From positions 1-40,341 of the forward strand of contig JAVYLC010000013.1 in assembly GCA_038741355.1 (NCBI GenBank): a stretch of 40,341 nt of DNA, written 5' to 3'. The notes under the pieces were generated by a model. That model was not told the DNA's origin and did not search any database. It saw only the letters and a list, made by a program, of their open reading frames with translations. This document shows positions 35,314-40,341 of the stretch, in pieces. The DNA is from Nitrososphaerota archaeon. GTDB lineage: Archaea > Thermoproteota > Nitrososphaeria_A > Caldarchaeales > Calditenuaceae. The position numbers and the translations under genes are program-made. Position 1 is the first letter of the stretch; every line of letters begins with the position of its first letter.

Positions 35314-35457
35314 CTACTCGCTCCAGAGCTCCCTCTTAAGCAGATCCCTCACCGCAGCCCTCAGAATGGCTGACCGGCTAGGATAGATCTTCTTCTTTAC
35401 AAGCTCATCCATCCCCTCTATCAAAGCCTCTGGAAGCTTAACACTTATCAGCTTCAT
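35314..35457 (-). CDS. Ribbon-helix-helix (CopG/Arc/MetJ-type) small DNA-binding protein, 47 aa (below the ORF-track cut-off)
   Basis: Hand translation gives MKLISVKLPEALIEGMDELVKKKIYPSRSAILRAAVRDLLKRELWSE-stop. It has the classic RHH beta-strand (ISVKLP) plus two helices. ATG start, with the AT box gagtttatctac about 33 nt upstream. Confidence 0.65.
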   Translation of the reverse strand: MKLISVKLPEALIEGMDELVKKKIYPSRSAILRAAVRDLLKRELWSE

Positions 35458-35582
35458 CGCGGTAGTTGAGAAGCTATCCGCTTGTAGATAAACTCAATAC
35501 CCTAAACCGTTGAACATAATACTCAAAAAATTTTGTGGGAATATGCTGGAGGCACTTCTCGCCCTGCCCTGTCTCCGGAAAG

Positions 35583-35592
35583 GGTATATAAG
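35583..35592 (+). promoter_or_regulatory. TATA box (ggtatataag) for the thermosome gene
   Basis: Centred about 38 nt upstream of ATG 35626. Confidence 0.45.
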
Positions 35593-35625
35593 TAGGACAC
35601 ATACAATCAATACCGGTGATTAGTT

Positions 35626-37293
35626 ATGGCGACAGCTCCAAGTAGCGTGGGTACTGTCCCAATACTGATTCTGAAGGAAGGCACCCAGAGGACGAGAGGA
35701 CGAGAGGCCCAGTCGGCCGCCATCATGGTGGCTAAAGTTATCGCCGAGACGATGAGGACTTCCCTCGGCCCACGCGGAATGGATAAAATGCTTGTAGACA
35801 GCTTCGGTGACATTGTAATTACCAATGACGGAGCAACGATCCTCAAGGAGATGGATGTCGAGCACCCGGTTGCTAAGATGCTTGTAGAGGTTGCGAAGGC
35901 TCAGGATGAGGAGGTGGGTGACGGGACAACAACTGCGGTAGTGCTGGCCGGCGAGCTTCTCGCCAGGGCGGAGGAACTCATAGAGAAGGAGGTTCATCCC
36001 TCAATAATAATAGACGGGTTCAGGAAGGCTGCAAAAGAGGCTATCAATATCTTAGACAGCATTTCAGTTCCTGTAGACCCGAAGAATAGACAGGAGCTGG
36101 CTAAAATTGCTAAAAGCGCCCTTGTCAGTAAGCTTGTCTCAGAATACGCCGACTTCATCGCAGGCCTAGCGGTGGATGCGGTCCTGAGGGTTGCAGAGCT
36201 GGTTAACGGTCAGTGGAGGGTTGACCTTGACGACGTCAAGCTGGAGAAGAAGGAGTATGGGTCAATTATGGATACTAGACTGGTTGAAGGTGTAGTCCTC
36301 GACAAGGAGATTGTACACCCTGACATGCCTAAGCTAGTTAGAAATCCGAAGATAGCTCTGCTCGACGCCAGCCTTGAGATAGAGAAGACGGAGTTTGACG
36401 CTAAGCTGAATATCGAGAGCCCGGAGCAGATGAGGGCGTTCATGGAGGAGGAAGAGAGGATGCTGAGGGAGATGGTTGAGAAGATAGCTGCCACCGGTGC
36501 AAACGTTGTCCTTTGCCAGAAGGGGATAGATGACCTCGCCCAGCACTTCCTCGCAAGGAAGGGGATCGTCGCTGTGAGACGGATTAAGAAGAGCGACATG
36601 GACAAGCTCGCAAAGGCTACTGGAGGTAGAATCGTCTCGAGAGTGGACGACCTAACACCAGCCGACTTGGGCACCGCCGAGTTACTCGAGGAGAGACGGG
36701 TCGGGGAGGACAAGATGGTGTTTATCGAGGGGTGCAAAAACCCCAAGTCTGTAACAATACTTATTCACGGAGGAACACAGAGGATAGTTGATGAGACTGA
36801 GCGGTCCTTCAAAGACGCGATAAACGTTGTCAAAGACATCCTCTTGGAGCCGAAGATAGTGGCTGGAGGCGGCGCTCCTGAAATCGAGGTCGCATCAAAG
36901 CTAAGGGACTTCGCCAAGACACTGCCGGGTAAGGAGCAGCTGGCTGTTGAGAAGTTTGCTGACGCTGTCGAGAGGGTGCCGATGCAGCTCGCGGAGAACG
37001 CCGGCCTCGACCCCATCGAGAGTATCGTCTCCCTCAGGTCAAGCCACAAGGAGGGTAAGAAGTGGGAGGGTGTCAACGTCCTCGAGAACAAGCTTGGAGA
37101 CATGTGGGCTGCAGGGGTTCTTGAGCCTGTAGTGGTGAAGAAGCAGGTGGTTAAGTCGGCCGTCGAGGCAGCCTGCATGATACTTAAGATCGACGACATT
37201 ATAGCAGCCTCCAAGCTCTCCGAGACAGGAGCTAAGAAGGAGAAGAAGGAGGAAGAGGAGGGAGAGTCGAGCACCTCCTCTAGCTTCGACTAG
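35626..37293 (+). CDS. ths: Thermosome subunit (canonical group II chaperonin)
   Basis: [41 protein letters not shown], and an acidic Lys/Glu-rich C-terminal tail. Confidence 0.95.
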   Translation: MATAPSSVGTVPILILKEGTQRTRGREAQSAAIMVAKVIAETMRTSLGPRGMDKMLVDSFGDIVITNDGATILKEMDVEHPVAKMLVEVAKAQDEEVGDGTTTAVVLAGELLARAEELIEKEVHPSIIIDGFRKAAKEAINILDSISVPVDPKNRQELAKIAKSALVSKLVSEYADFIAGLAVDAVLRVAELVNGQWRVDLDDVKLEKKEYGSIMDTRLVEGVVLDKEIVHPDMPKLVRNPKIALLDASLEIEKTEFDAKLNIESPEQMRAFMEEEERMLREMVEKIAATGANVVLCQKGIDDLAQHFLARKGIVAVRRIKKSDMDKLAKATGGRIVSRVDDLTPADLGTAELLEERRVGEDKMVFIEGCKNPKSVTILIHGGTQRIVDETERSFKDAINVVKDILLEPKIVAGGGAPEIEVASKLRDFAKTLPGKEQLAVEKFADAVERVPMQLAENAGLDPIESIVSLRSSHKEGKKWEGVNVLENKLGDMWAAGVLEPVVVKKQVVKSAVEAACMILKIDDIIAASKLSETGAKKEKKEEEEGESSTSSSFD

Positions 37294-37300
37294 GGCGCAC

Positions 37301-37546
37301 ATGACTCTTCAGAAGCGGCTAACGAAATATGAGATCACCAAGATTATCGGTGGGAGGGCACTCCAGCTTTCACTAGGCGCCTTCCCACTCGTCGAGCCGC
37401 AGCCCAACGATACCGCCTTCACCATAGCGAGCCGCGAACTCGCCCTCGGAGTCCTACCAATCATAGTTAGGCGACACCTACCGGACGGCACGTATATCGA
37501 CATACCGCTCAAGGAGGCACTCGAGGAGGAAAAAGTCGCAATATAA
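37301..37546 (+). CDS. rpoK: DNA-directed RNA polymerase subunit K (Rpo6/RpoK)
   Basis: The LTKYEITKIIGGRALQLSLGA motif characteristic of the Rpb6/RpoK family. 81 aa. Confidence 0.85.
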   Translation: MTLQKRLTKYEITKIIGGRALQLSLGAFPLVEPQPNDTAFTIASRELALGVLPIIVRRHLPDGTYIDIPLKEALEEEKVAI

Positions 37547-37649
37547 GAAACGCGGCACCTCATCATACGCAATTTTTACTCCAGAATTCCTCAAAAAAAT
37601 TTCTAGATCGCCTCTTTATTACCACCATCTATGTCCAATCAATAGTCAT

Positions 37650-38759
37650 ATGTTTAGGATCGGCTCTATTGACCTAGGCCCTGGACCCCCCACCTTTGGC
37701 CGCTCTGCATACCTAGAGGTATCCTCAACCCTGCCAGCCATAGTCGACTCTTTTATAGGGTATTTCGGCTCCTCAGAGTTTCTCGAGCTTCTATCCAACC
37801 CCTGGACATTCAGACTTCTCTGCCGCTCAGTAAACCTCAACAACGACGACGCAGGGAGCGTAGCTCTGATCGTGTCGGCGCTGATAAATAACGCTAAGAG
37901 AGACTGGGAAATCAGCGTGGCGGGCGGCCTCTACGCGAAGAGGTTCACCGTCCCCGAGACCGTGGAGAAGGTTGCTTCTGTGATGGGCCTCTCTGAGAAG
38001 CAGGTAGGCTGGCTGAAGTATTCGAGTAGGATGACGGCAAAGGTGGATGATGTCGCTGTCCAGGACGGATTCCGCCTCTGGCTCCACGTCATAGCCTTCA
38101 ACACCCAGGCAGAGTGGGCGGTTATACAGGTGGCCTCGAAGGCTGGTCTCAACAGGCTATATCAATGGCACTCTGGACGCATCTCTTACTCCAGATTCAC
38201 GGTCGAGCCACATACCGGAGTATCATCGGCGATGAGGAGCTTCTACTCACTTGACTTCACACTGAAAAAGAACCTCGAGCTCCAGAAAGGATGCCTCGAG
38301 ATTTTAAGCTACCCTGCCTCCCGCCTCAGATCGATCAAGATAGGCCTCAGTGGTAAACAGACCAAGCTGAGTGACTTCTCTAAGGAAGGTTTCGCGGGAG
38401 AGGTGAACCCACTTACCGCGCCGGTCAGGGTGAATTGGACGGCTATAACAAATATCGCGGGCTCCCCTCCGCGAAGTTTCGAGGAGCTCTTAGCCGTGAA
38501 GGGCATTGGGGCAGAGACGTTAAGATTCCTAGCCATCTGCTCCTATAGAATTCTGGGCATAACGCCGTATCTGGAGGATATCGCGATGCTGTTCAGCGAA
38601 CTACAGGCGAGAGGACCACCGGGCGGAAGAACCTACCAGATTATGTGGGACCTAATCGAGGCGGTGAGGTATTCACTCCTGTCCAGCGAGAAGAGCAAGT
38701 CCATCGCCTCGAAGCTTGAACTGATCGCTGAGGGAAAAAGTGACAACCATAGTTGCTAG
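37650..38759 (+). CDS. DUF763-like protein (divergent), with a C-terminal helix-hairpin-helix-like segment
   Basis: YFGSSEFLELLSNPWTF and LLAVKGIGAETLRFLA resemble DUF763 landmarks recalled from memory. The N-terminal conserved residues look replaced. Confidence 0.4.
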   Translation: MFRIGSIDLGPGPPTFGRSAYLEVSSTLPAIVDSFIGYFGSSEFLELLSNPWTFRLLCRSVNLNNDDAGSVALIVSALINNAKRDWEISVAGGLYAKRFTVPETVEKVASVMGLSEKQVGWLKYSSRMTAKVDDVAVQDGFRLWLHVIAFNTQAEWAVIQVASKAGLNRLYQWHSGRISYSRFTVEPHTGVSSAMRSFYSLDFTLKKNLELQKGCLEILSYPASRLRSIKIGLSGKQTKLSDFSKEGFAGEVNPLTAPVRVNWTAITNIAGSPPRSFEELLAVKGIGAETLRFLAICSYRILGITPYLEDIAMLFSELQARGPPGGRTYQIMWDLIEAVRYSLLSSEKSKSIASKLELIAEGKSDNHSC

Positions 38760-39076
38760 AGCATTCCTAGCATCTCTTTCGCCTCATCAGTCATCCTTTC
38801 TGGCGTCCAAGGCGGGTCGAATACTAGGTCGACATCGACTCGGGTTACTCCGGGGCACATCGTCTTAACAGCCTCTTTAACCTGCTCCACCAGGAAGAAG
38901 CCGACAGGGCAACCGGGCGCCGTGAGGGTCATCTTGATGTAGACCGAGTTGTCATCCCTGATCTGTAGGTCGTATATTAACCCCAGGTCCACAATGTTAA
39001 CAGGTATCTCTGGGTCGTAGCACATCTTCAGGGCCTGCAGTATCTTCTCCTCACTGGGCCTCTCCAACACCGACAC
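38756..39076 (-). CDS. DUF59/MIP18 (SufT-like) Fe-S cluster assembly-associated protein
   Basis: CYDPEIPVNIVDLGLIY..MTLTAPGCP motif. GTG 39076 is preferred, because the AT box gatttaaaag at 39100-39109 lies about 29 nt upstream and this start avoids overlap with the divergent GT2 gene. The maximal ORF extends to 39181. Confidence 0.75.
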   Translation of the reverse strand: MSVLERPSEEKILQALKMCYDPEIPVNIVDLGLIYDLQIRDDNSVYIKMTLTAPGCPVGFFLVEQVKEAVKTMCPGVTRVDVDLVFDPPWTPERMTDEAKEMLGML

Positions 39077-39141
39077 CGGCCTATTTTGTGGCTCGGTGAC
39101 TTTTAAATCTCCCCTCACTACAAGACCGTTAAGCAGGTAGA

Positions 39142-40311
39142 ATGACCCTAGACCACCTTGGGACAACCGCCCCCCTCCCACTCGCAGTCATAATATTCCT
39201 GTCACAGCTGGCGTGGATATGGATTATCCATAAACGGGCAGTCACGCTCCACAGGCTCGAGAAGCTGGAGAGGACCTGCCGAGAAACCAGCCCCCTCGTA
39301 TCCGCCATAATACCTGGGAGGAATGTCGCCAAATGGGTTGATAGGTGCCTCTCCACCCTTCTAGCGCAGCGAGGGGTTAGGGTGGAGGTCATCTTCGTTG
39401 ATGATGAGTCGGAGGATGGGACGGGGAGACTGGTACTCGAGAAATTCTTGAAGAGAGGGGTTAAATATGTGAGGGTTGGAACACCTCCACCCGGCTGGCT
39501 GGGGAAGAACTGGGCATGTTGGAGGGGATTCCAGCACGCGTCGGGTGAGTGGCTCCTATTCCTAGACGCAGACACCATGTTCTTCGATGAGTGCATCGTA
39601 GCCGACGCCCTCGCGAGGTGCGGCGAGGGGTTGGACGCCCTCTCCCTAATTCCCCGACTGGATGGGGGCGCCTTCTCATCCAAGATAATGCTGCCGCTTC
39701 TACAGAACATCCTCCTGTCTCTCTTCTCTCCTGCCCTCACCAACGACCGCCAGGCCCCCCAAGCCATACTCTTCGGAGCCTTCATACTCATTCACAGGAG
39801 AGTATACCTCGAGGTTGGGGGTCATGAGGCGATTCGGGGGCGGATATTGGAGGACAGGGCTCTGGCAAGCCTCCTCAAGGGTAGGGGGTACAGGATTAGG
39901 CTGCTAGACGGGTCTGGGAGGTTTGGAGCGGAGTACGCTGGTAGCCTAGCCGGATACATGGCCGCTATCAAACGGCTTGTCGCAGACTACTCCCTGACAC
40001 ACAGTCTGGCAAAGATGAAGTACTATATCACAGGCGCCGCCGTTCTCTTTCTGCTCCCCCCAGCTGTCCTAGTGGCCGCCAGCATCTATGGCAACGCCCC
40101 ACTAACACTCTTAGCCGCAGCGCCCATAGTCACCAATATGGCTGCCAACTACTTGGAGCTTAAGAGGCTGCGTGTAAAATACGCCTCCCTCTACTCGCCC
40201 CTCACGGTTTTAGCCAACTGGATCTTGGTTACAGCCCTGGCCGAGGCCTACCTCTCGTATAGGTCTGGGCGGTTGGGGCTGACTTGGCGTGGGAGGAGGA
40301 TAGAGGCTTAG
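39142..40311 (+). CDS. Family 2 glycosyltransferase with N- and C-terminal TM segments
   Basis: VSAIIPGRN..FVDDESEDGT, PPGWLGKNWACW, FLDADT (DxD), and a hydrophobic C-terminal third. Confidence 0.8.
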   Translation: MTLDHLGTTAPLPLAVIIFLSQLAWIWIIHKRAVTLHRLEKLERTCRETSPLVSAIIPGRNVAKWVDRCLSTLLAQRGVRVEVIFVDDESEDGTGRLVLEKFLKRGVKYVRVGTPPPGWLGKNWACWRGFQHASGEWLLFLDADTMFFDECIVADALARCGEGLDALSLIPRLDGGAFSSKIMLPLLQNILLSLFSPALTNDRQAPQAILFGAFILIHRRVYLEVGGHEAIRGRILEDRALASLLKGRGYRIRLLDGSGRFGAEYAGSLAGYMAAIKRLVADYSLTHSLAKMKYYITGAAVLFLLPPAVLVAASIYGNAPLTLLAAAPIVTNMAANYLELKRLRVKYASLYSPLTVLANWILVTALAEAYLSYRSGRLGLTWRGRRIEA

Positions 40312-40341
40312 GTGCTATTTCGCAAGATATACTATGCTTTC

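Noticed and set aside
39129-39791. A 220-aa minus-strand ORF antisense to the GT2 gene. Similar long antisense ORFs occur at 6758-7435, 33276-33860, 36210-36746, 36765-37274, 24223-24640 and 162-878.
   Set aside because: All lie fully inside strongly supported genes on the other strand. Their products are Ser/Pro/Arg-rich and low-complexity with no motifs. They are typical shadow ORFs of GC-rich coding DNA.

Overview
This is an archaeal chromosomal window. Evidence for that: AT-rich TATA boxes about 30-40 nt upstream of start codons with short or no leaders, an intron-containing tRNA, PriS primase, thermosome, RpoK, and many TTG/GTG starts with TGATG/TTGA coupling. It most likely comes from a thermophilic Thermoproteota/TACK-type organism, but the lineage cannot be fixed from sequence alone.

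Layout:
- (1) 1-5.4 kb, housekeeping: aspartate kinase 3' end, DedA-PriS, a MoaD/SAMP-like protein plus an E1-rhodanese enzyme, tRNA-Leu(CAG) with intron, and a HEPN/MNT toxin-antitoxin pair.
- (2) 5.7-9.05 kb: a dedicated ECF-type transporter (S component, fused A-A' ATPase, T component) tightly coupled to a type I phosphoribosyltransferase.
- (3) 9.05-11.6 kb, a decayed patch: an NCS1 nucleobase-permease remnant fused in frame to a COG1361-like surface protein, then a MacB/FtsX permease interrupted by an in-frame TAG, with no partner ATPase.
- (4) 11.8-29.5 kb: a visibly AT-richer carbohydrate/polyol island. It holds a mutarotase-like protein, two MDR dehydrogenases, a 2-hydroxyacid dehydrogenase, a cupin-type PGI, a Gfo/Idh/MocA enzyme, two SDRs, an F420-type LLM oxidoreductase, an FGGY kinase and an RbsABC-type importer. 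A highly divergent thermosome paralog is embedded in it.
- (5) 29.5-35.5 kb: an AmmeMemoRadiSam-type radical SAM gene, a partial his cluster hisG-hisD-(HAD-like gene)-hisB-hisH, and an unlisted 47-aa RHH gene.
- (6) 35.6-40.3 kb: canonical thermosome, rpoK, a divergent DUF763-like protein, a DUF59/SufT-like protein and a GT2 glycosyltransferase.

No CRISPR array, rRNA, integrase or transposase was recognised.

The findings most worth follow-up are:
- the island-embedded chaperonin paralog with altered nucleotide-pocket motifs;
- the SAMP-like protein with a 9-residue tail after its Gly-Gly;
- the ECF-PRTase coupling;
- the HAD-like gene in the his cluster;
- the nonsense-interrupted and chimeric genes at 9-11.6 kb.
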